64,000 nucleotides of DNA from Octopus sinensis (taxonomy: Eukaryota). The translations under genes and the position numbers were made by a program. The stretch is from NCBI RefSeq assembly GCF_006345805.1, contig NC_043013.1, forward strand, positions 53,692,001-53,756,000, in the 5' to 3' direction. The notes under the pieces were generated by a model that ran no database searches, was not told the DNA's origin, and worked only from the letters and a program-made list of their open reading frames with translations. Shown here piece by piece: positions 52,675 through 64,000 of this stretch (positions are counted from its first letter, which is position 1; each line of letters starts with the position of its first letter).

Positions 52675-52803
52675 ATATATATATTAGGTTATAAGAGGTA
52701 ATTGCGTCATTGAGACCCATAGGTGTCAGGTAATGCTGAATAAGTGCTATAGACAGAACATAGTTAAGTTCCAGGTTCGGTAATGTGTCAGTGTGTGTAT
52801 ATA

Positions 52804-53030
52804 AGAATTTTTTTGCGTAATGAGATAAAAAACCAAGGCTGTGTAGATATTAAAACATTTATTGATAGATCTTACAGCTGTTTCCAGGATATTTATTAAT
52901 TATATCCCTTCATCGGAGACAGCGTGAGAGGATGGTTAAGAAATAGTTAATTTAGATAGAATACAAAATATAGAGTGAGGTGGAGGAAAGTAAATAGATG
53001 TAAGATATGTAGGGATATTGAAATTGTAGA
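52804..53030 (-). mobile_element. Short Penelope-type element with hammerhead motif (52869-52920)
   Basis: Minus: gtct CCGATGA a gggatat aattaataa atatcct g GAAAC agct GTA agat; homologous to 55601-55830; TA repeats adjacent. Confidence 0.65.
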
Positions 53031-53069
53031 TCTATATATATATATATATATATATATAGCCACTAAACC

Positions 53070-53248
53070 CTTTTTTGTTTTCTCTCCCTGTTTATTTTTA
53101 TGTTCCTTTGAAGAGTGTAGGCTCGATGCGTAAAAAACTTTCTCACTTCCTGTGCGTTAAACTAATACATCTGCTTGTTGTTTACACACCTGTCTTCGTC
53201 TTTATTTTGTTTTTTTCGTAAAATTTTGTTTTTTTCGTAAAATCTCAC

Positions 53249-53250
<2 letters not shown>
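53070..53250 (+). mobile_element. Short Penelope-type element with a decayed hammerhead
   Basis: tttgaaga gtg tagg ctc gatgcgtaaaaaac corresponds to the CTGAAGA...GAAACGTA layout at 43804 with core mutations; ends in (TA)n. Confidence 0.45.
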
Positions 53251-53297
<47 letters not shown>

Positions 53298-53299
<2 letters not shown>

Positions 53300-53420
53300 G
53301 GACGGGCTTCTTTGAGTTTCCGTCCACCAAATCCACTCACAAGTCGTTGGTCGGCTCGAGGCTATAGAAGACACCTGCTGAAGATGCCACGCAGTGGGAC
53401 TGAAGCTATTTACCACACAT
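53298..53420 (-). mobile_element. SINE family B, 5' half fragment
   Basis: gacgggcttctttgagtttccgtccaccaaatccactcacaag...gctatagaagacac...gccacgcagtgggactgaa. Confidence 0.8.
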
Positions 53421-55349
53421 CCATTCCTATATATGTATGTATATATTTATGTATGTATGTATGTATGTATGTATGTATGTATGTATGTATGTATGTATGT
53501 ATGTATGCATATATGTATTTATGTATGTATGCATGCATATATGTATATACACCATCTGTTAGTAAGTGCGGCTGAACAGAATCCTAATATATCCAGATAT
53601 ATAGCTCTGTGAATGGCACTAATAATTACCAACATCCCATAGATCTGCCTCGTCTCATACCATACACCAACAACAACAACACCCAGAGGAAAAATACAGA
53701 ACATCTGAAGAATTCCCCTTTACCAATTTATACAAAATCGTTTCCAGATCAAAAAATTATTGTTGCACAAGTGTTTATTCTGATTCCAATATCTTCCGTT
53801 ATTAAGCACCAATATATGAGCAGCTCATCAAAGACAACCTGTCTATAATCACCTGCTTGGAATGGTTGTCTGTTTTCTTTCGTTTCTTTTTTTTTTTATT
53901 TGGACAATATTCTGGTTGGTTTTCTTTACCTCGTCTCGGCATTTGAAATTTTCAAGACAAATGCTATGGAAGTAGATAATGTAGAAATTCTATCCTTTGC
54001 ATTTGCTAATTAATAAAATATATATTCCTAGAAATTAATTATTTCGTCTGACATGTTATCCGGCCTGCAGCATCAACTCTGACCTTAAGTCTAACCTTTA
54101 TTCACTCTTTGTTGTCCATGGTATTGGCTGTAAAATTATTAGGGTCAAGTTGAATATTATGCGAGACATCACGCCATGATATCACTTGAGTATGCAACTC
54201 CGTATTTATTTGGTAAAGTAATATCTTTCGAGGAAATAAGAATTTTCTATGAACAATAACTCATGTTGTATTTGCAAATTAGTTTTCAAGAATCAGTTTC
54301 CGCCTGCTATTGCTTGTAACACTTTGATTAATCGCTTTAATTTCAGGTTGTAAGCTTGTGCCAATGCCTAATGCCAAATCGACATTTTGGGAACGTGACC
54401 ATGAATTATTTGAATTGAAAGAAGAAAGTAGACTATTGTTGTAACGACCTGGCTTGTTTCGGTGTCCAACCATGACTACTACTTCCGAAATACTCCCGGA
54501 TCTGTTCTTATTTCTAAACAAATTCCAGTGACCACTTCCTCTCCTATTACTTCATCTTTATTCAATACTAATTACAAATTATAAATGAGATTCCATCTCT
54601 GGATACAAGATTAAATGTTAAACAGTTGGTTATTATTGGGATCATTAATGTCACTACATTCCTGGTTGGTATTGCAAATGGGTAGATACAGTTATTTCTA
54701 TTGATTAATTCAGGGAAGAAAGGACGGCCTACATAGCACTTTCTCGAATCTCCGTCACTTGTGGCAATAAAGAAAAGTATTACCAACAGACCCAAGAATT
54801 CTCCTGAATACTTACCAAAGATTAGATACGGCTACAGCACCTAAAGGTCATGCGATGATGTTAAACCAAATTATGTTTTAAGCAAGATTCCACCACAAGA
54901 GTTTAGTCGGCTGGTAGCCCTGATAAAATTATTTTCTAAACTGTCGCGCACTGATATCGAACACAAAATCACGTAGTTAGTAAAACATCTTACCCGCATG
55001 ACATGTTGTTGGTCGATTCATTGATGGATTCCGAATTTGTTTTGCTTCACCCTCGATGCACTGGAATATGAGGAAGGACATTTAAACATAAACACACCAG
55101 CAGTAAATAGTTACAATGAAAAGAAGCTTATGGTAACCTGATTCCATTCCTTTCTCTTTGTCCGCCTCAAAGGCTCATGATTTCGACCTTGATTAGTTTA
55201 TCTCCCTTGGAAGGCTATATGCTAACTATCAATGGCAATAATAAGGGCACACTTTCGTCACTGATAAACTACACTTGGAATTCATAGTTAAACATCAATA
55301 TTGTTATTGATAAAATATATTCATTACCAATTGTTTCATTTGCTTTCTT

Positions 55350-55535
55350 TATTTCTTTTATTCATTTCAGTCATTTGATTGCAGTCATGCTGGAGCACCA
55401 CCTTTGCTTGAACAAATCGAACCCAGGACTCATTCTTTGTAAGACTCGTACTTATTCTATCGATTCTTTTGCTGAACCGCTAAGTTATGGGAATGTAAAC
55501 ACACCAAGCGATGGTGGGTGGAAAAACACAAATAC
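55350..55535 (-). mobile_element. SINE family B, 3' half
   Basis: tttcagtcatttgattgcagtcatgctggagcaccacc...cccaggactcattctttgtaag...gctgaaccgctaagttatggg. Confidence 0.8.
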
Positions 55536-55543
55536 ACATTCAA

Positions 55544-55600
<57 letters not shown>

Positions 55601-55606
<6 letters not shown>

Positions 55607-56030
55607 TTTTTTGCGTAATAAGATTTTAAAAAATCAAGTTTGTATAGATATTAGAGCATGTTTAGATAGGTCTTACAGCGGTTTCTAGGATATCAATTAA
55701 TAATATCCCTTCATCGGAGACGGTGTGAGAGGAAAATTAAGTCATAGTTAGTTTAGATGTGATCCAAAATAGAGAGTGAGGTGGAGGAAAGAAACTTGAT
55801 GTAAGATATGTATGGGTATTGAAGTTGTAAATCCGTTTTATAGGCATAATGGTATATATGCAATATTCCAATATCCTATGAGTGAAATCCAAAAGTCCAA
55901 CAGAGTTTAAAATGAGTCCTTCCAAACATAGAGTTTATAAGCAATGTAAGATTCCTTTAGGAGTGAGATCCAGCAGATTTTTAAACTTGGTCATTCCCAG
56001 TAGGGAATTTATATAGAGTTTTGCAGGGTC
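55601..56030 (-). mobile_element. Longer copy of the Penelope-type element with hammerhead motif (55670-55721)
   Basis: Minus: gtct CCGATGA a gggatat tattaattg atatcct a GAAAC cgct GTA agac; (TA)n on both sides. Confidence 0.65.
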
Positions 56031-56031
56031 A

Positions 56032-56094
<63 letters not shown>

Positions 56095-56109
56095 ATTATG
56101 TATGTATGT

Positions 56110-56282
56110 ATACGACAGGCCTCTTTCAGTTTCCATCTGCTAAATCCACTCACAAGGCTTTGGTTGGCCCAAGGCTATAGAAGAAGACACTTGCCCAAGG
56201 TGCCACGCAGTAGGACTGAACCCAGGATCATATGGTTAGGAAGCAAACTTCTTACCACACAGCCATGCCAGCGCCTATTTAC
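56110..56282 (-). mobile_element. SINE family B, 5' half
   Basis: acgacaggcctctttcagtttcc...aaatccactcacaaggctttgg...gaagacacttgcccaaggtgccacgcag...cttaccacacagccatgccagcgcctattt. Confidence 0.85.
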
Positions 56283-56461
56283 TTTTAATTAATTATTCGT
56301 TTCATTAGTACTCAGTCATCGTGATTTTCTTTTTTAAATCGTTAAAGTCTAATTCTTGTACCTGTATAATATCATTTGATATTTCCCACGGTGGGAAAAG
56401 TGTATTCCTCCCGCTCTCCATCACAACGGTTAAATCTCTAATATATTGACAACTTGTACTC

Positions 56462-56987
56462 CTTAAAGACGATGAACGATCTGGAAGAACTGCCACGTAC
56501 GACACCCCGCCCCCAGAAATATGATATTGTGCATGAGAGTTCTACTACGGCGGTTTTAAACGTTAGAGGTAGGGTCATTTGGCGAAAGTGACCGGGTCTG
56601 TGGAGCGCAAAGAATTAGCTTCTTCATCAAGCTCTCCTCGCTTATTAGTTTCTCACTAGAATCACCGTGCCATCGCTTCAGCACCCCCCCCCCTATTCGC
56701 GAGATTTAGCAACCGCAGGTTTCCATCTCTTCTCCAAGATGAAAAATGCTGCTCGCAGGTCACCGTTTTAATACCATTGGAAAAGATCCAAAGCGAATCG
56801 CAGACGGTCTTTCTCTCGCCTAAGCAAAACAACTTCCAGGCTGGATTCCAAAAGTGGCAGGAACGGTGGGACCGGTGTATTGCTTCGCAAAGTGATTATT
56901 TCGAAAGAGATGATGTTAAAACGTAGGTAAATAAGTTATTTTTTATTGAACATAACTAGTCTGGAAACTTTTTGATGCCATCTGGTA
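56462..56987 (+). pseudogene. Internally deleted mariner transposase fragment with right TIR remnant
   Basis: LKDDERSGR, then PPYSRDLATAGFHLFSKMK and FQAGFQKWQERWDRCIASQSDYFE (decayed YSPDL and C-terminal motifs); ends ggaaactttttgatgccatctggta. Confidence 0.8.
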
Positions 56988-58133
56988 AATGGAGTGTCGA
57001 TGACAAAAGTGTTGGAGGCCACACGAAGATCACGGAAACAATCTTCTTCCTCAAAAAAAAAAAAAGGCATAACAATCGACCTACATAGAAACGTTGGCAA
57101 TGAAACTTGAACCTACCAGGTATAGATTGATAGTTCAATACTCATTTCACCTAGATGGTTTGTCTTGATAGCTGTGCTACCTTATTTTAATAACATCTTT
57201 GTCAAAATGTTATGGCCTCGTCAAAGAAAGGTGAGTGAGAAAGGAATAAGGAATAGGAAACAACTCAATTCATCTTTTACTTCTGTGGAAAGAAGTAGGT
57301 CGATATATCGAATTATCAGTTAATGTCAGATGTGTGATGGATAACTAAGAGGTCATCGAATAGTTTTGTTATATCTTCGATCTCTAGTCAAACAATGTGA
57401 ACTTGCTGTCACAGACATATTTACTTCCAGACTTTGGTTCAACAATGTTTCCTTCATGTTTGATAATTCTTTTCCTAACCATTTCTGACCTGACAAAAAT
57501 TCCAATCTAAAACTACAAGAAAGCGTAGACCACCTCTCAAACCAAGAGAACCCCATTTTCGTAGATGATTAGTTACCTGGTTCTCAAAGAATTTCAATCT
57601 CGCACAGAATGGTTAGTGAATTCTGTAATTATGTAATTGCAATGAAATTCTTTTAAAGAAATATTTCGAAATATGAACACATGCAACAGCTATATACAAG
57701 GCACCACCATTATTATTGCACTAAACAATGACTCTTTTGGGAAGAGAACGGCGAATATAATAAATTTTTCGCTGTTTTAAATTGAGATTGCCAGTACGAA
57801 ATGGTAGCCTTTAAACTTTTAATTAGAGAGCAACAGAACGGATGTTCTACAAATGCTTTTGGAAAGTCTATCGTATTTCTGTGACACATCCATGTTAACC
57901 TGTTTTGACCTAAAACAAATATTGAGATGTCTTCTACCTTCCAGTCGAATACTCCAACAGGAAAACGGTTATTTATTTATTTATTCATTCGGTTCCGTGT
58001 TAACGGTGAAGTAATCGTGGTTCTGAATAAATATTCTAATTATTGCTTTGGCACGAATATGCAATGTACTTAGTAAAGATGTCAGTATCAAGAGTGTTTG
58101 ATTGAAATACAAATAACAATAATAATAATAATA

Positions 58134-58181
<48 letters not shown>

Positions 58182-58429
58182 TAATAATAATAATAATAAT
58201 ATCGATCGAGAGATAGAGTCGATGGAAATGTGTCTGTATGTATGTGTGTCTCTGTATATGTGTCTTGATTTATATAGGCTTCTATCGACCTATCTCACAA
58301 TCTTTTTATCTATTTATCTAACGAACCAAGGCTGAGTATAAAATTTTGAGAATTGGTTTAAATATTTCTCTTAATCATGCGCTTTCTTTTTTTTAATACA
58401 TGTGCCTACACACATGGAAATGTGTACAC

Positions 58430-58514
<85 letters not shown>

Positions 58515-59231
58515 CACACATGCACACATACTGTATCCACTACACACTTATAAGGCATTTCCACATCTATATATCAACACATAAATTTGATTTATTAAAC
58601 AATTGAAGACTCGGTTCCTTTTATGCTCGTTTTTCTTCTCAAACAATAACAGACTGACGGAAGCATATTCCGTTTTCTTCACGCTAAACTCGAGTGTTTA
58701 AATACGCAAAATTAATTCATTGAACATTTTCAAAGACTTGCCAATTCCTACCGCGAAAGTCACTTTCAAAATTTATTAAATAAATCAAACAAAGTAAACA
58801 TATAATTATATATAAGGCAGAAAACTTGTATTATAAACGAAGTAGATTAGCGTAAATATAAGGAGAGTTGCCATATTTCAAAAGACAGGAATAAATATAT
58901 GGAGAGATCCGAGGATAGAGTTCGGAAGACTAATTTCCAGGAAGGGAAATGCGTAAAAATAAAACCATAATATATACACAAAATTCAAAATAAAACCGAA
59001 TTAAAACGAAAAGAATGCTTTTCTCTTGACACGTTCTGTCAGCAAACTCGAAGAGATAAATACTTGTGTGCGATCATTTGATGGGTGTGTGTGTGTGTGT
59101 GCTTGCATGCGCGAGTTTGTACTATAAATATAGGTGTTTATAATGTTTACAGCTATCTATCGATAAACACGTACCCATTTCCGTATGTATAACATTTTGT
59201 TTTATATACACATATACATACATGCACACAC

Positions 59232-59277
<46 letters not shown>

Positions 59278-59704
59278 ATATGTATGTGTGTATATATGTG
59301 TATGTATATATGTATGTGTGTATATATGTGTATGTATATATGTATGCATGTATGTATGCATGTAAGTATGTATGTATAAACGTATATATAAACATATATG
59401 TGTGTATGTGTATATTATGTATATATGTATGCATGTATGTATGCATGTAAGTATGTATGTATAAACGTATATATAAACATATATGTGTGTATGTGTATAT
59501 TTATGTATATATGTGTTAACATATGCATACACACACACGCACAATATACACAATATTATTATTAGTTGCGAAACTAATAAATCACCACCAAATCCTCCAA
59601 CATAATCATCATCGTCATTGACGTGGTTGTTGTTGTTGTTGTTGTTGTTATTGTTGTTGTTGTTGTTGTTGTTATTGTTATTATTATTATTATTATTATT
59701 ATTT

Positions 59705-60025
59705 TCATTATCATCCTCTTTCAGTTCTGTTTCCCTTTCTTGCCGAGTGTCTTCTTGACACCCAGGGCAGAGAAACGCACTGGGCCCTTAAAATAAACAC
59801 GCCAGGTTTTTCATTTACAAAGTCACATGACAGAGAAAAGGGGGGAAGACAGACAGAGAGAAAAAATCAAAAGTAAAAAAATAAACGAAGGAAATAAAGG
59901 GGTGGGGAAAGAAAGAAAATTCACAGCGACGATGTTCTTCTCAATACGTGACAAACCAGTTGAGACAATTTTTTGCACTTCCTGCATGGATGGTAAGCCA
60001 GGGAGGATTCTAAAATAATTTTCAT
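59705..60025 (-). mobile_element. 3' end of an RLE-type LINE with (TAA/CAA)n tail
   Basis: Minus: YFRILPGLPSMQEVQKIVSTG, and a UTR with gacactcggcaagaaa; homologous to 16228-16505. Confidence 0.7.
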
Positions 60026-60847
60026 TCATTATTTTTGTTGTTGTTTTTGGTGGTGGTGGTGGTGGTGGCGGTGGTGGTGCTAGTGCTGCTGTTGTTGTTG
60101 TTGTTGTTGTTGTTGTTAAGCAACAAGACGGGTAAGGGTAATGGTTTAGGGCTTAGGGGTGGGAGACCCCAGACCTTGGAAAAAAAACCTCTGGTCGTCT
60201 TGTTGCAGTCGAGGGCTCTTCGTTGACGCCCGACACCACTGGGAGTGGCCCTCGAGATCTCCAGGTCCAAATTCTTGGACGGCCTGCTGCTGCTGGTGGT
60301 GGTGGTGCTAGTGGTGCTGGTGTTGGTGCTGGTTGCTGGTTATTCACTGATATATTCAGACAGCCTTCATCATTGCAATTCTATTATCCTAATGTTTCGA
60401 CCTCTGTGTGTACTCCAGCCTTCTTCAAGCGCCAGTCATATCCTTTAAAAATTTTCATAGGAAGAGATCGATGTTATTCCATTGTTTGCAACAGAGATCT
60501 TCCACTATTTCAGCTATTCTTCTAATTGTGATGTCACGTGCCTATTCTACTAGAACCAAAGTTTTTCCAACCCATCATTCAACTTTGGAAACATGAGGTG
60601 AAGAGAGTGAGAGTTTCAGGAACTGAAACAAAGACTGAACACTGATTGTTTGGATTATTTTACAGAAAGTCAGATCCAGCCAAAAATAAATGATAAATGA
60701 GGAAACAGGGAATACTCATCGCGTTCGAATGTCTGGTGATATTAGGACAAAAGTTCCGATTGGCTTGATAGCTTATTTTCATTTATGCCCAAACCAATAC
60801 TTTATTTTTTTTATCGATCTCTATTAACCAATGTCTGAATACGCATA

Positions 60848-61053
60848 TTGGTCACAAGGCCAGCAATTTTGGAAGCGAGAGCAAGTCGATTTCATCGACC
60901 CCCGATGTTCAACCGTTATGTATTTTAACGACCCCCCGAAAGGATAAAAGGCAATGCCAACCTCGGTGGAATTTGAACTCAGACCGTAAAGACGGACGGA
61001 ATGTCGCTAAGCATTTTGTTCGACATGCTAACGTTGATGCCAACTTACCGTCT
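60848..61053 (-). mobile_element. SINE family A
   Basis: catcgacccc...cgaaaggataaaaggc...cctcggtggaatttgaactcagaccgtaaagacggacg...gctaagcattttg. Confidence 0.8.
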
Positions 61054-61318
61054 TAACTAGACATAGTCTATAAGGAAGTAAAGACAATTGATTTACAGAG
61101 ATATACCTACAAACACAGGTAAACATGCCTGTGTGTGTATGTACATGAGTGTATGTATGCATGTGTGTCTGTGGGTGTGAGTGTGTGTGTGCATGTATGG
61201 ATGTACATGATCGTCCACAGCCGGTCATACCGTACCACGTGTTCCCCGAAGTGAAGTCTTTGGTCATCGTCGAGAACGACGGACGAACGGGCACACACAG
61301 ACACACACAGACACACAC

Positions 61319-61355
<37 letters not shown>

Positions 61356-61599
61356 CAGATAAATAGATAGATACATACATACATACATACATACATACAT
61401 ACACTCATACATACATATTAACGACGTAAGAAGTATGGCTACCAAAAAGCAATCCTTATATCCAACATAACGTGGATGAATTGCTAGAACGCCAAATACT
61501 GCGTTCTTAGCCTTGAGAGAACCACTCATATAGACGCCGAGTACGCTCTCATGAATGCAACATGCGCCCATATGAGTGAATCGTTCACGGTTAATAATG

Positions 61600-61641
<42 letters not shown>

Positions 61642-61644
<3 letters not shown>

Positions 61645-61771
61645 CTCACTAGAAAGAGCAGTTAAAACTCCAAACCACCAATTGTTGTAATTACGTAGAA
61701 TATTTTTCAATCACTTTCGGAATTACAACAATTGGTGGCTTGGAGTTTTAACTGCTCTTTCTAGTGAGTCA
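61642..61771. mobile_element. Fold-back element with 51-bp inverted arms
   Basis: Arms 61642-61692 and 61721-61771, one mismatch, 28-nt spacer; (TA)n on the left. Confidence 0.8.
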
Positions 61772-62569
61772 GATATCTTATTCTTCGGGTATCTCTTTTC
61801 TGTTTGAACGTACACTGTATTCTTCTCTGAATAATGTATAGTCTATTGACTCATTTTTTCTTTCTCGCTAGACCACTGGTCACTAAGAATTTTTCGATGA
61901 ATATCCTTGCTACCCTAAGATTTATATATATATATGTATATATATATATATAAATTGCTTTGAGAAAGAAAATTATGAATGTAAGTTCACTTTCACTTAA
62001 TTGTCTTATCAAGACATGCAAGCCGAAACTTCGAAATCACTATCAATATGTTCCTTGTAAATGTTAATAAAGAATTTAATAAGTATGCAGTGTAGAAATG
62101 TATTGAATATTCCTTTAGTTTAATGCTCAATAATTTATATGTATAACTTGAGAGAAAAACCAACACACACACAGATATATAGATAGATAGACGCATACAT
62201 GCATACATACATATATTCATATAATTTGTAAGACTGTATGTAGTTCAATACTTGTGTTTGTGCGCGCGCGTGTTAGCGCGCGTGTTAGCGTGCGTGTGTG
62301 CCTACGTGTGTGTGTGTGTGTGTGTGTGCAATTTTTGTTTTTAGAAAAACATCAAATCCAAATCTAATTCGAAATCTAGGATTTCATCTGAAATGAAAAT
62401 TAATAATTCATATCGCAAAGGATATCTTATGAATATTAATGTGATAAACCTCTTTTTTTAACTGTTATATTCAATTACTCCAGTTCAAAGAAATTATAGT
62501 CTAACCCGTTGAATTAGTTTAGGGGCCATCAGCATATTGCCTATTTGCTTTCAAATACATACACGATCA

Positions 62570-62860
62570 CACGTGACCTGGTGGTGAGAGTGTGGTACTC
62601 ACGATCGCAAGATCGCGGTTTCCATTTTCGGACCCGGAGGGGCGTTGTGATCTTTAGCAAAATATTTCATTTTGCTTTGTCTCAGTCCAGTCAACTGTAA
62701 GTATCCATGAGACGAACTGGTGGCTCGTTTAGCAAAGAATGTCGAGATCTCGATCTCTTATATGCCGCAGGCTGGTCCACCTAGCCAGCGGGGGGACGGA
62801 GCTTGAAAGTAAAAAAAAATATTTAAGAAAGCACATTGTGACTAGCGATGTTAACAGATA
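62570..62860 (+). mobile_element. SINE family C, diverged
   Basis: gatcgcggtttcc...gggcgttgtg...ctagccagcgggg...gcacattgtgactagcgatgt parallels 21393-21704. Confidence 0.65.
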
Positions 62861-63008
62861 TAATCATTTTCACAGACACATATCTACCTTTGAATAATCA
62901 CACAAGAAGCCGGAGTTCATCCTAAACCAACAAAGAGCTTTTTTTCCTGCTGCTCAACAATCTCAATGACTTTTGGAAGTTATCCATCATCCTTGATCAT
63001 ATGAGAGA

Positions 63009-63233
63009 TGAGAGGTGGGATCTCGCTGAAAAGTTCCTGGCTTTGAGGGTGTCGCGAAAGGCCTGGTTGGTGGCTCAACATTTCGAGTTCTTTTAGAAGA
63101 CTTAGAAAAACTGACGAACAACAGCAATAAGGGTATGAATCAGAGAGGGGAATATGTTGAATAAAACCATTATAACTGATCCACCCATATTTTCTTTTAC
63201 CCAAAGCCAGGAACCTTTCAGCACCCTCTCGTA
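63009..63233 (+). mobile_element. Mariner-derived MITE
   Basis: TIR cores gctgaaaagttcctggctttg and caaagccaggaacctttcagc, ending ctcgta (TA target). The interior encodes LEDLEKLTNNSNKGMNQRGEYVE*, a mariner C-terminus remnant. Confidence 0.75.
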
Positions 63234-63705
63234 ATGTCTTCTATAGAAGAGAATCCTCAGGTTAAAGGCAGTGATGATGATGATGATGATTATGAGGAGG
63301 AGGTGGAGGAGGAGGAGCAGGGGGAGAGGGGGGAAAGAAATGGAATCTGTAAAGGAATTCAAAGTTGAATATTATAGCAATGACCAAAATAAAATAAGGT
63401 TATCTATTTCTCTTAACCAGTCAGAACTGAAGACATTACTCCAGCTTGGTCTTGACATTGATGGCTGAAGCAATTTGGAGAACTAAACTAACTTCCGCTA
63501 TATATGTGTATGGGTGTGTGAGTGAGCGTGTGACTGAGAATGTATATACGCATGTGTGTATCTGCGTCTCTTTTTGCTCGTGTGTGTGTGTATGTGTGTG
63601 TGTGTGTGTAAAGATAGATAGGTAGATAGATACGTACATACAAACAATATATACGCGCATAGAAACAGACTAGCATAATCGTACAAGCATCTCTCTCTTT
63701 CTCTC

Positions 63706-63751
<46 letters not shown>

Positions 63752-64000
63752 TTTATAGTTGTTGAACAAAATAATGGAAATACCTTGTTAAATGGTAGTT
63801 TTATATATTTTATCCGGAGATGCTCCACCTTTGGCATCAATCACATTTCTAATACGTCAGGGAATTGACTCGTATAGGTTCTGAATGGTTGTTAGGGGAA
63901 TTCTTAGCCATTCTTCAAACATAACCAATCTTACTTCTTTCACTGGCGATGGCGGAAAGAAAAGGTTCCCCGCTGCTTCAGAAGACATTATAAATGTTCG

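Noticed and set aside
53580-53870. Possible further RLE C-terminal fragment (YETRQIYGMLVIISAI...YLDILG, minus)
   Set aside because: Too degenerate to support by eye.
54279-54830. Two non-repetitive minus ORFs (80 and 75 aa) and a TAYIALSR helicase-like word on the plus strand
   Set aside because: Non-ATG starts, no coherent splice structure, and an isolated motif with stops nearby.
57353-57556. Minus ORF with a possible exon GQKWLGKELSNMKETLLNQSLE, phase-compatible with 44299
   Set aside because: Short, moderate GTAAAT donor, several competing acceptors and no homology.

Overview
Eukaryotic, very AT-rich DNA saturated with microsatellites and transposon remnants. The tRNA-type SINE families and simple-repeat load look like an octopus/cephalopod genome (inference from recalled repeat sequences, not a search). 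There are no prokaryotic operons, CRISPR arrays, rRNA or intact tRNA genes. Almost every ORF in the supplied track is a translation of a simple repeat. Supportable content: (1) about 30 copies of three SINE families; (2) at least six fragments of RLE-type (R4/Dong-like) non-LTR retrotransposons, all next to microsatellites, plus a 539-bp element embedded in (TAA)n; (3) a Chapaev3-like transposase N-terminus, a mariner fragment and a mariner MITE; (4) several short Penelope-type elements with minimal hammerhead-ribozyme motifs; (5) near-perfect fold-back elements; (6) a near full-length U6 snRNA copy fused directly to a SINE; (7) a 2.2-kb (GGAY)n array; (8) a few exon candidates, best at 31516-31687 (-) and 38620-38810 (+), from unidentified gene(s). 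SINE and degraded-element boundaries are approximate (tens of bp). Exon, U6, hairpin and ribozyme coordinates were counted base by base.
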